A DNA stretch of 34,651 nt from a virus. Its lineage: Duplodnaviria; Caudoviricetes. Below are positions 1 to 6,820 of the stretch, piece by piece. Made by a program: the position numbers and the translations under genes. The stretch is from the IMG/VR virus record IMGVR_UViG_3300020382_000114, positions 1 to 34,651 of that record, one strand, 5' to 3'. Position 1 is the first letter of the stretch, and each line of letters opens with the position of its first letter. The notes below the pieces were generated by a model. It searched no databases. It saw only the letters and a program-made list of their open reading frames with translations, and was not told the origin of the DNA.

Positions 1-1
1 C

Positions 2-61
2 ACTTTCTTGACCGATGACGGTGGAACAACAGTAGACTTAATTGCAGAGGATATAGTTTAA
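2..61 (+). CDS. 3' end of a tail fibre gene (partial, runs off the window start)
   Basis: Frame 2 reads TFLTDDGGTTVDLIAEDIV*, paralogous to the C-terminus of 3024..4256 (EFFTRDGGTTVNLISEAIV*). Its stop overlaps the next ATG (TAATG). Confidence 0.8.
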   Translation, partial: TFLTDDGGTTVDLIAEDIV

Positions 62-1692
62 TGTCAGGATACATAGGCACACAGCCTGTACCGCAAGCAA
101 CACAGACGAGAGACAAGTACACAGCAACCTCTGGTCAGACGAGCTTCGGGACGGGCGGCTACACAGTAGGTTTTCTGGACGTCTTCGTTAACGGTATTCA
201 CCTTGTCGACGGTACTGATTACACAGCCACGAACGGGTCAGATGTTGTTTTGGCTGTGGGTGCCGCGACAGGAGACAATGTTGAGGCAATCTCGTTTGGA
301 ACCTTTAGCCCAGCAAACGCACTAGCACCGAATGGCAGTGCTGCTAGCTTGACCAACATACCCGCAGCACAGCTAACAGGTTCATTGCCAGCGATCTCGG
401 GCGCGGCCCTCACAGACTTACCCGCTTCACCTGCAAATTCCATTACTGCGCTGGCATCAGCTCCCGCTGTAGGTGCGGAAGGGGCTGTCTACTACAACAC
501 AACTTTTGATGTAATTTTCTTTTCTAATGGCAGTGCTTGGAAAGAAATACACCCAACTCCACCTACTGCAACTGGTGGAACGGTGACGTTAACCACAATC
601 GCTTACCAACAAGCGTCTTTCACTTATGCTCTTGGAACAGATTTCAGTGACAATACTACTTCTGATGCGAATTTCACTTACAGTTTGGCTTCTGGCGCAC
701 TACCAACTGGCGTCACAATAAGTGGCGTAAACCTAGTTAGTGACGGTGCAACATTCTCAGCGGCTGAAGCTAGAAGCTTTGTTATCACTGCCACGGATGA
801 AGATGGCCTTACCGTAAACCAGCAATACTCACTTAGTGCAGATGGACCACCACAAAACGCAAGTAGTGGAGAAGCTATATTTACCTCAAGCGGCACATGG
901 ACTGTCCCCGCAGGTGTTAGAGAAGTCTGTGTCGTCTGTGTCGGAGCGGGAGGATCAGGTCAAGGGAACTATGGCGGCGGCGGATCAGGTGGCTGTCTGC
1001 AATATGGTAATACTATTTCGGTTACTGAAGGTGATACTCATTCGATTACCGTTGGAACAGGCGGGAGTGGCCTTGCTGGAGGTGAAACCGCCGCTGTTTT
1101 TGGCTCATTAGGTGTTTATGCTGGCGGCGGAACTGTTGGTTCCGACAATGGCGGAGCAGGAGCAAGCCCAGCTACCTCGCGCAGCAGTAACGTCCCAAGT
1201 ACAGGAGGCGGAAACAGCGGAGCGGGTGGCGGAGGCCTAGTAGCCCCTAACCCTTACGTTGCTGGAGGCGGCGGAGGAGCAGGTGGCTATTCTGGAAACG
1301 GCGGAAACGGCGCATATCACAATGCTAATGGAACAAGCGGAAGTGGCGGAGCGGGTGGCGGAGGTGGTTCAAGAGCCTCAAGCCAGTATTGTGGATACAG
1401 TTGGGGTGCTGGCGGAGGTGGTGTTGGTCTAAACGGCCAAGGCGCTGACGGAGCGGGTGGCGCTTATGAACTCACCCCAGGTTGTAACGCCCCAGGCACC
1501 TACCCAGTGAACGGCGGAGGTGGCGGTTCGGGAGGTGCTACCTCAACAAAACTTGGAGGCGCTCAATACGGCGGCGGCGGACCCTCTGGCTATACGGCTC
1601 AGTGGCAAGGTGCAAATGGTGCAGTTCGGATAGTCTGGAAGACAGGCGCACTTGGTAGCTTTTACTTCCCGTCAACAAACGTAGGAGCGTAA
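61..1692 (+). CDS. Tail fibre protein: N-terminal adaptor, Ig/He_PIG-like domain, glycine-rich C-terminal domain
   Basis: N-terminal 'YIGTQP...TATSGQTSF..YTVGFLDVFVNGIHLVDGTDYTATNG' module typical of marine phage fibres. Also 'YSLASGALPTGVTISG...FVITATDEDG' (Ig-like) and 'FTSSGTWTVPAGVREVCVVCVGAGGSG...GANGAVRIVW' (Gly-rich fibre domain). Confidence 0.85.
   Translation: MSGYIGTQPVPQATQTRDKYTATSGQTSFGTGGYTVGFLDVFVNGIHLVDGTDYTATNGSDVVLAVGAATGDNVEAISFGTFSPANALAPNGSAASLTNIPAAQLTGSLPAISGAALTDLPASPANSITALASAPAVGAEGAVYYNTTFDVIFFSNGSAWKEIHPTPPTATGGTVTLTTIAYQQASFTYALGTDFSDNTTSDANFTYSLASGALPTGVTISGVNLVSDGATFSAAEARSFVITATDEDGLTVNQQYSLSADGPPQNASSGEAIFTSSGTWTVPAGVREVCVVCVGAGGSGQGNYGGGGSGGCLQYGNTISVTEGDTHSITVGTGGSGLAGGETAAVFGSLGVYAGGGTVGSDNGGAGASPATSRSSNVPSTGGGNSGAGGGGLVAPNPYVAGGGGGAGGYSGNGGNGAYHNANGTSGSGGAGGGGGSRASSQYCGYSWGAGGGGVGLNGQGADGAGGAYELTPGCNAPGTYPVNGGGGGSGGATSTKLGGAQYGGGGPSGYTAQWQGANGAVRIVWKTGALGSFYFPSTNVGA
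354..380 (+). repeat. 27-bp near-identical block shared by two fibre genes (second copy 3110..3136)
   Basis: caacatacccgcagcacagctaacagg vs caacatagccgcagcacagctaacagg (1 mismatch). Both continue in the protein motif AAQLTG(S/A)LPAISGA(A/N)LT. Confidence 0.85.
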
Positions 1693-1696
1693 AATA

Positions 1697-1942
1697 ATGT
1701 ATAAACAAGTAGACTTCTTTTCAATAACCTCCCGCGTTGAAGCGGGTCACTGCAATTCTGAGTTTGAGGCTAGAGACGCTCGTTCTTACTTTCTCGCTTA
1801 CACTGATTGGTTAGCAGTTTCAGACCGCACTATGACTGAAGCCCAGAAAACATACCGTCAGGCTCTTCGTGCCATTCCAGAGCAATCAGGGTTCCCTACC
1901 GATATCATTTGGCCGTCCGTGCCTGAAGGAGTACACCCATGA
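1697..1942 (+). CDS. Phage tail fibre assembly chaperone (Phage_tail_APC-like)
   Basis: Motif R..R..LLA.TDW...D.......YRQALR.IP.Q.GFP..I.WP; lies directly after a fibre gene. Confidence 0.85.
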   Translation: MYKQVDFFSITSRVEAGHCNSEFEARDARSYFLAYTDWLAVSDRTMTEAQKTYRQALRAIPEQSGFPTDIIWPSVPEGVHP

Positions 1943-2772
1943 CCAAAGCAAGAGAACTTTCTGAACTAGCTAATCTCATGTCGGCCTCTGGCACAACGGC
2001 AACTGTAGCGGGTACGCTTGCCGCAACTACACTGACTGGAAATGGCGCGGGTATCACAGGGCTATACGCGGATTCTAATGTGGCAAGTTATCTGGCGGCG
2101 AATGCTGCATCTAATATTGCGGCTGAAGCTGTAAACGAAGCCAAGCTTCAAGTATCTAATTCTCCAACTAATGGATACATGCTTACAGCACAGTCAGCGG
2201 CAACTGGCGGAATGACTTGGGCAGAAGCTGGCGGAGGTTATTGGGAAACAATAGCAGAGGTCACTTTAGGTACTTCAGTCGTTAGTGCTATTGATATAAG
2301 CCTTCCAACTGGCTTCGATGCCCATAAAATAGACATCGTATTCCCGATGAACAGTGCATACGGGAATAAAGTAATGTATTACCAAATCGTTGATTCAAGT
2401 AATAGTCTTCAGGCTGGTTGTTATCTTACATCAGTACAGTACGTAATTGCCAACCATGGTTGGCATTCAGGCAATGGTACTACGACTACTAACTTTTACT
2501 TTAACGATGCAACGAACCATGCGGCCACAGATTTCCACTTTGCTAGTATAGATGTCTGGGATGCTAATAGCACAACTAGGAATACTGTCTGGAAGCATGA
2601 AAATACTGCCATGAACCCGCAGTACTATAACCATCCAATTTTGACTAGAGGTTCTGGTCGGCAAGTAACCGCAGCTACCACCTCAAAGTTTCGTTTTTAT
2701 TATTCAGGTGCCAGTTTTGCAAACGACACAAGCCAAGTTTGTTACTACAGAATTTATGGGCATGCAGCTTAA
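1939..2772 (+). CDS. Tail fibre protein
   Basis: N-terminal MTKARELSELA adaptor, Ala/Thr-rich stalk, 'VNEAKLQVSNSPTNGYMLTAQSAATGGMTWAEAGGG' linker, and a beta-rich tip ending YRIYG. Flanked by chaperone genes. Confidence 0.8.
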   Translation: MTKARELSELANLMSASGTTATVAGTLAATTLTGNGAGITGLYADSNVASYLAANAASNIAAEAVNEAKLQVSNSPTNGYMLTAQSAATGGMTWAEAGGGYWETIAEVTLGTSVVSAIDISLPTGFDAHKIDIVFPMNSAYGNKVMYYQIVDSSNSLQAGCYLTSVQYVIANHGWHSGNGTTTTNFYFNDATNHAATDFHFASIDVWDANSTTRNTVWKHENTAMNPQYYNHPILTRGSGRQVTAATTSKFRFYYSGASFANDTSQVCYYRIYGHAA

Positions 2773-2784
2773 AAGGAGCAAAAC

Positions 2785-3024
2785 ATGGTAAACGTATTAT
2801 TAGATGGTGTTGTAGTGGATATGGACCTCCCAGAACCTCAACCTCAAACAGAAGAAGAAGGCCGAGCTAACCGAGACAACCTATTAGCCCGAACGGATAC
2901 ATGGGCTTTATCAGATCGTACTATGACAGAAGCTCAGACAGCTTACCGACAGGCTCTTAGAGACATCACAGGACAATCAGGGTTCCCTAGCAATATCAAT
3001 TGGCCAGAACTAGGAGGATTATAA
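2785..3024 (+). CDS. Phage tail fibre assembly chaperone (paralogue of 1697..1942)
   Basis: RDNLLARTDTWALSDRTMTEAQTAYRQALRDITGQSGFPSNINWP; AGGAG RBS upstream. Confidence 0.85.
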   Translation: MVNVLLDGVVVDMDLPEPQPQTEEEGRANRDNLLARTDTWALSDRTMTEAQTAYRQALRDITGQSGFPSNINWPELGGL

Positions 3025-4256
3025 TGTCCAAACAAAACGAATTGGCCCAAGTCGCCGACGCGATAACGGTGGATGCAGATGGTACAGTCAACGCTACGGC
3101 TTTTGCTGGCAACATAGCCGCAGCACAGCTAACAGGCGCTTTGCCAGCTATCTCTGGTGCAAACCTGACAGGTATTAATACTGAACCATTTAAATTTACA
3201 GCAGTGACGGGTGCCACGCCAAGTCTTAATGTTGGTACTTACAACTTCTTTGATAGTGGGTCGTTAACGGCCAATACTACGGTATCGTTTACTAACGTAC
3301 CTACCAACGCTAACTGGAGATACAGCTGTGTGACACCTAACCTAGACGTCTGGGATATCTCTACGTCTGTACTCTCAAAAAGCGTCAAGCTCAGCACAAA
3401 CCATGCTGATACAGTCCCTACCGGGATTTTCTTCAAGCCCGATGGCACTAGAATGTACATTGTAGGTGACACCCAAGACAGTGTTCTAGAGTACCATCTG
3501 GATACACCGTGGGATGTGGGTACACAGCGTTTTGTACAACTTAAGGCTTTAACGGATGTGGCCCCAGAGGGTATCTTCTTCAAACCTGATGGACTTAAGA
3601 TGTACATTATGGCTGATGCTGGTAATGACGTTGACGAGTACACGCTGACTACTGCTTGGGACATCAGCACTGCTACGCATGGAGGCGTACAGTTTGCTAT
3701 AGACGCCCAAGATTCAACCTCTACCGGGCTATTCTTCAAACCCGATGGTACTAAGATGTACATGGCGGGTCGTCAAAATGATAACGTCAACGAGTACAAC
3801 TTAAGCACTCCTTGGCTTGTTACTTCAGCTGCTTACCTTCAGTCGTTCGATATCTCTGCTAAAGAGCTTAACGTCCAAGATGTTCAATTTAGCCCTGATG
3901 GACTTAAGATGTACATCATCGGCAGTGACTTCGCGTCTGTAGATGAGGATGTTCATGAGTACACCCTAAGCTCAGCTTGGGATATTTCTTCAGCTACGTT
4001 TATACAGTCTTTCACGGTAGCTGACCAACACCCCTCTGGCATCTTCTTCAAACCTGATGGGACTAAGATGTTTGTTGTTGGCAGGGAAACCTTGTACATC
4101 CTTACGTACGACATAGGTTCACCTCTGGCAGTAACTCTACCAGCTTCAGTTGTAGGTACTACTTCAGCTACAACACACAATTCTAGAGCAACTTACGAGT
4201 TCTTTACGAGAGATGGTGGCACAACCGTTAATCTTATAAGCGAGGCTATAGTATAA
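3024..4256 (+). CDS. Tail fibre protein with five-repeat beta-propeller
   Basis: Likely start is the ATG at 3024 (AGGAGG RBS, TAATG coupling) rather than 3000. Five ~50-aa repeats G(I/L)FFKPDG(T/L)KMY....EY.L.T.WD(I/V)S; C-terminal DGGTTV motif. Confidence 0.85.
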   Translation: MSKQNELAQVADAITVDADGTVNATAFAGNIAAAQLTGALPAISGANLTGINTEPFKFTAVTGATPSLNVGTYNFFDSGSLTANTTVSFTNVPTNANWRYSCVTPNLDVWDISTSVLSKSVKLSTNHADTVPTGIFFKPDGTRMYIVGDTQDSVLEYHLDTPWDVGTQRFVQLKALTDVAPEGIFFKPDGLKMYIMADAGNDVDEYTLTTAWDISTATHGGVQFAIDAQDSTSTGLFFKPDGTKMYMAGRQNDNVNEYNLSTPWLVTSAAYLQSFDISAKELNVQDVQFSPDGLKMYIIGSDFASVDEDVHEYTLSSAWDISSATFIQSFTVADQHPSGIFFKPDGTKMFVVGRETLYILTYDIGSPLAVTLPASVVGTTSATTHNSRATYEFFTRDGGTTVNLISEAIV

Positions 4257-4269
4257 TAAGTAAACAAAC

Positions 4270-4285
4270 GTGTTAACGTGTTAAC
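4270..4285. promoter_or_regulatory. Tandem GTGTTAAC boxes (putative phage operator/promoter element), copy 1
   Basis: GTGTTAAC GTGTTAAC in the gap before 4302; related boxes occur in five other intergenic gaps. Confidence 0.6.
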
Positions 4286-4301
4286 ATAATAAGGGACTAA
4301 A

Positions 4302-4499
4302 ATGGCGGAAGAAAGAACAGCAGCTTCATCGCATGACCGCATCGACGAACTCGAAAAGGAGGTAATAGCTATCCAAACTGAAATGAAGATACAGTTCAAA
4401 GACTTGTTTGGCCGCGTTAAGCGCATGGAATCTATTATGCTAGCCGCCACCGGCGCTATTATAGCACTCCTCGTCGCTGTTTTGTCGAAGATGGGCTAA
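4302..4499 (+). CDS. Small coiled-coil protein with C-terminal TM helix (XhlA-like lysis accessory)
   Basis: Heptad segment RIDELEKEVIAIQTEMKIQFKDLFGRVKRME followed by hydrophobic SIMLAATGAIIALLVAVL; first gene of the lysis region. Confidence 0.65.
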   Translation: MAEERTAASSHDRIDELEKEVIAIQTEMKIQFKDLFGRVKRMESIMLAATGAIIALLVAVLSKMG

Positions 4500-4972
4500 T
4501 GATTGATCCGCTCACAGCCGTCGGATTAGCGACCTCCGCTTTTAATATTTTAAAGCAGGGTATTAACGCTGGTAAGGATATCCAAGAAATGAGCGGCACT
4601 CTGTCCAAATGGGGTGCCGCTTTTAGCGATTTTGAATATGCCGAAGACAAAGCTAAAAACCCCCCATTCTACAAACTTATGTCCGATAATTCTGCCAATG
4701 CTATCGAAATCTTCGCCCAGAAAAAGAAGATGCAGCATATGCGAAAAGAAATAAAAGACCATATCTCATGGACTTACGGTCCCTCTGCTTGGAAAGAAGT
4801 CCTCGCCATTGAGGGGCAAATGCGAAAAATTAGGCAAGACGAAGCTTACAAAAAGGAACAGATGTTTGAGAACGCGATAAACTTTGTGGCTGGGATGGCT
4901 GTTTTTCTTTTGGCTTCGGCTGGAGTCGGAACGGCGTTTTACTACTTTGGGCGGTTTCAAGGTAAATGGTGA
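4499..4972 (+). CDS. Hypothetical membrane-anchored phage protein
   Basis: Starts MIDPLTAVGLATSAF (amphipathic), with a coiled-coil centre and a C-terminal TM helix; TAATG-coupled to the upstream gene. Confidence 0.75.
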   Translation: MIDPLTAVGLATSAFNILKQGINAGKDIQEMSGTLSKWGAAFSDFEYAEDKAKNPPFYKLMSDNSANAIEIFAQKKKMQHMRKEIKDHISWTYGPSAWKEVLAIEGQMRKIRQDEAYKKEQMFENAINFVAGMAVFLLASAGVGTAFYYFGRFQGKW

Positions 4973-4981
4973 GTGACCCTC

Positions 4982-5146
4982 ATGTTCTTTCGCAAACGCT
5001 ACGTTGTTTACGACGACGACGGAAAACTCGTCATAGTCAGCCACCGCCGCGATATCGCAATTAACTACGCAAGGAGTACTTCATGTGACAACAGGAAAAG
5101 ACCCTCGGCTAGCACGAGCAGGCGTGGAAGGGTTCAACAAACCTAA
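4982..5146 (+). CDS. Small hypothetical protein (54 aa; not in ORF track)
   Basis: MFFRKRYVVYDDDGKLVIVSHRRDIAINYARSTSCDNRKRPSASTSRRGRVQQT*. Fills the gap 4972-5085, has an alternative GTG start at 4973, and its tail overlaps the next gene. Confidence 0.55.
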   Translation: MFFRKRYVVYDDDGKLVIVSHRRDIAINYARSTSCDNRKRPSASTSRRGRVQQT

Positions 5147-5375
5147 GCGCACCCCAAGCCACCCCAAGAAGTCACACGTCGTCGTGGCTAAGCAGGGTGA
5201 GCAGGTGAAGACGATCCGGTTTGGGGAGCAAGGTGCCTCTACTGCGGGTAAACCCAAAGCTGGTGAGAGCGACAAGATGAAAAAGAAACGGGCGTCGTTC
5301 AAAGCGAGGCACGGAAAAAATATAGCCAAAGGCAAAATGTCTGCGGCGTATTGGGCAAACAAGGAGAAGTGGTGA
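5085..5375 (+). CDS. Basic phage protein (DUF6321-like)
   Basis: GFNKPKRTPSHPKKSHVV...KTIRFGEQG...RASFKARH...SAAYWANKEKW; AAGGAG RBS before the GTG start. Confidence 0.75.
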   Translation: MTTGKDPRLARAGVEGFNKPKRTPSHPKKSHVVVAKQGEQVKTIRFGEQGASTAGKPKAGESDKMKKKRASFKARHGKNIAKGKMSAAYWANKEKW

Positions 5376-5434
5376 TGAGAAGATGTGGTCGATGTGGAAG
5401 TTTAAAAGGCAAATGTAGGTGTAGCAAACGATGA
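5375..5434 (+). CDS. 19-aa Cys/Arg/Lys micro-peptide (not in ORF track)
   Basis: MRRCGRCGSLKGKCRCSKR*; AAGGAG RBS at 5361, TGATG overlap upstream and ATGA overlap downstream. Confidence 0.6.
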   Translation: MRRCGRCGSLKGKCRCSKR

Positions 5435-5607
5435 AAGGTGTAAAACATTATACAGCTAGCGGTGCGGTTCACACTGGCGCTAAGCACAAAATGAAAGATG
5501 GTACTATGCACACCGGCAAAGCGCATACTGCCGCAAGCAAAAAGCTGTTTCATTATAGTGGGCTGACCAAAACAGCTAAGGCTAAAACCTCCAAGGGCAA
5601 AGCATGA
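5431..5607 (+). CDS. 58-aa His/Lys-rich small protein (not in ORF track)
   Basis: MKGVKHYTASGAVHTGAKHKMKDGTMHTGKAHTAASKKLFHYSGLTKTAKAKTSKGKA*; ATGA overlaps at both ends. Confidence 0.75.
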   Translation: MKGVKHYTASGAVHTGAKHKMKDGTMHTGKAHTAASKKLFHYSGLTKTAKAKTSKGKA

Positions 5608-5747
5608 GTTTATACAAAAACATTAACGCCCGAAAAGCAGCGGGGACCAGCCGTACAAAAGCAAAATCAACGGTAACTCCCAAAGCGTACTCTAACATGA
5701 AAAAGGGTTTTCCAACAAAGAAACCCACAACAACAAGGAAAGCATAA
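5604..5747 (+). CDS. 47-aa Lys/Arg-rich small protein (not in ORF track)
   Basis: MSLYKNINARKAAGTSRTKAKSTVTPKAYSNMKKGFPTKKPTTTRKA*; coupled by ATGA. Confidence 0.75.
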   Translation: MSLYKNINARKAAGTSRTKAKSTVTPKAYSNMKKGFPTKKPTTTRKA

Positions 5748-5748
5748 A

Positions 5749-5862
5749 ATGCTAATGAAAAAGACAGCCGCAACTGGCAAAAAAACAGTCAAGGCCGCTA
5801 AGCCAGTACGGGTTAAAACTGTTAAGAAACCCACTACTCGCAAAACGAGTTCGTCTTACTAA
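5749..5862 (+). CDS. 37-aa Lys/Thr/Ala-rich histone-H1-like peptide (not in ORF track)
   Basis: MLMKKTAATGKKTVKAAKPVRVKTVKKPTTRKTSSSY*; AAGGA upstream, and the stop overlaps the next ATG (TAATG). Confidence 0.65.
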   Translation: MLMKKTAATGKKTVKAAKPVRVKTVKKPTTRKTSSSY

Positions 5863-6203
5863 TGGTCGAGTTTGAGAAGGCTGACCTTGATAAGAATGGG
5901 TTTATTGACAGGCACGAATGGAACGCCTTGTTGCTTGAGGACAAACGCCGTGAGATGGAGGATGAAGACTTAAAACGCAACGCAGAGCGCCGGTTTACTG
6001 GTTTTGCTTTGGCTGGGATGTTACTCTATCCACTGGTAATTTTATCGGCTTCATGGCTCGGACTTGATAAAGCGGCTACTCTAGTTACTGATATCGCCTC
6101 TGTATATGTGATTGCGGCGAGTGGAGTGGTCGCGGCCTTCATGGGGTTCAACGCGTACGTTGGTAAAGCAAAGCAAGCGTCTGTTAGTTACCAAAAGGAA
6201 TAA
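5862..6203 (+). CDS. Two-TM membrane protein with an N-terminal EF-hand loop
   Basis: DLDKNGFIDRHE fits the 12-residue EF-hand loop pattern; two hydrophobic helices follow. Confidence 0.75.
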   Translation: MVEFEKADLDKNGFIDRHEWNALLLEDKRREMEDEDLKRNAERRFTGFALAGMLLYPLVILSASWLGLDKAATLVTDIASVYVIAASGVVAAFMGFNAYVGKAKQASVSYQKE

Positions 6204-6221
6204 CGGAGTGGAAATCCCTAA

Positions 6222-6243
6222 GTTTATGTGTTAACACGTACAC
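6222..6243. promoter_or_regulatory. GTNNAC 8-bp periodic motif, copy 2
   Basis: GTTTAT GTGTTAAC ACGTACAC upstream of the holin RBS. Confidence 0.6.
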
Positions 6244-6263
6244 AGATAAGGAGTTGAGCGGTT

Positions 6264-6647
6264 ATGTTACAATCATTATTAGGCCCAGTGGCAAATCTTG
6301 CTGGCAGCTGGTTGCAAGGCAAAGCAGATAAGAACGCCGCTTCCGCTCAACTCAAACTAGTAGAAGCCGAGAGCAAAGCTAAAATACTCCTGTCGAAAGA
6401 GACCAGTACCGCTGACTGGGAACGGATCATGGCAGAAAATTCTGGTGGGTCATGGAAAGACGAGTTTTTCTCAATAATTCTGTCTATACCCCTGATTTTA
6501 TGTTTTATTCCCGGGATGGAAAACGTTGTGGGCCACGGGTTTGAGCAACTATCTCTAGCCCCAGATTGGTATTTTTGGGCGCTTTTAACTGCGATTTCAG
6601 CTTCGTTCGGTGTGAAAGGTGCAAAACAATTCTTGGGTAAGAAGTAA
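6264..6647 (+). CDS. Holin, GTA_holin_3TM-like
   Basis: Amphipathic N-terminus, SWKDEF motif, TM helices, PDWY..L...ISASFG.K ending; lies upstream of the endolysin. Confidence 0.75.
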   Translation: MLQSLLGPVANLAGSWLQGKADKNAASAQLKLVEAESKAKILLSKETSTADWERIMAENSGGSWKDEFFSIILSIPLILCFIPGMENVVGHGFEQLSLAPDWYFWALLTAISASFGVKGAKQFLGKK

Positions 6648-6820
6648 TGTGGGTATTGGTTTGGATACAGTTCATTCCGGGGGTGCCTGTTCAGTACTAC
6701 CAGCTAAACGATTTTGGAAACAGAACTGAGTGTGAGCAGTACAAAGAGCAGGCAAAAATTATGGCAACAAGCAGTAACACGGTGGTTGCCTGCCTGAGTA
6801 TAAGGGGTAGAAGAGAATGA
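6647..6820 (+). CDS. 57-aa small exported protein with two Cys (not in ORF track)
   Basis: MWVLVWIQFIPGVPVQYYQLNDFGNRTECEQYKEQAKIMATSSNTVVACLSIRGRRE*; TAATG and ATGA coupling to the holin and endolysin. Confidence 0.75.
   Translation: MWVLVWIQFIPGVPVQYYQLNDFGNRTECEQYKEQAKIMATSSNTVVACLSIRGRRE

Noticed and set aside
940-1620. GGC/GGA-rich low-complexity DNA as a repeat element
   Set aside because: Explained by Gly codons of the glycine-rich fibre domain.
2-4256. Diversity-generating retroelement or invertase shufflon acting on the tail fibres
   Set aside because: No reverse transcriptase, no TR/VR pair with adenine-specific mismatches, and no invertase or inverted crossover sites seen in the window.
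4270-4285. CtrA binding site (TTAA-N7-TTAA)
   Set aside because: Spacing here is TTAA-N4-TTAA and the other copies vary at these bases, so it does not match the full CtrA consensus.
5299-5773. Minus-strand ORFs 5299..5553 and 5582..5773 from the track
   Set aside because: They are antisense shadows of the coupled + strand micro-ORFs; their Phe/Leu richness mirrors Lys codons.
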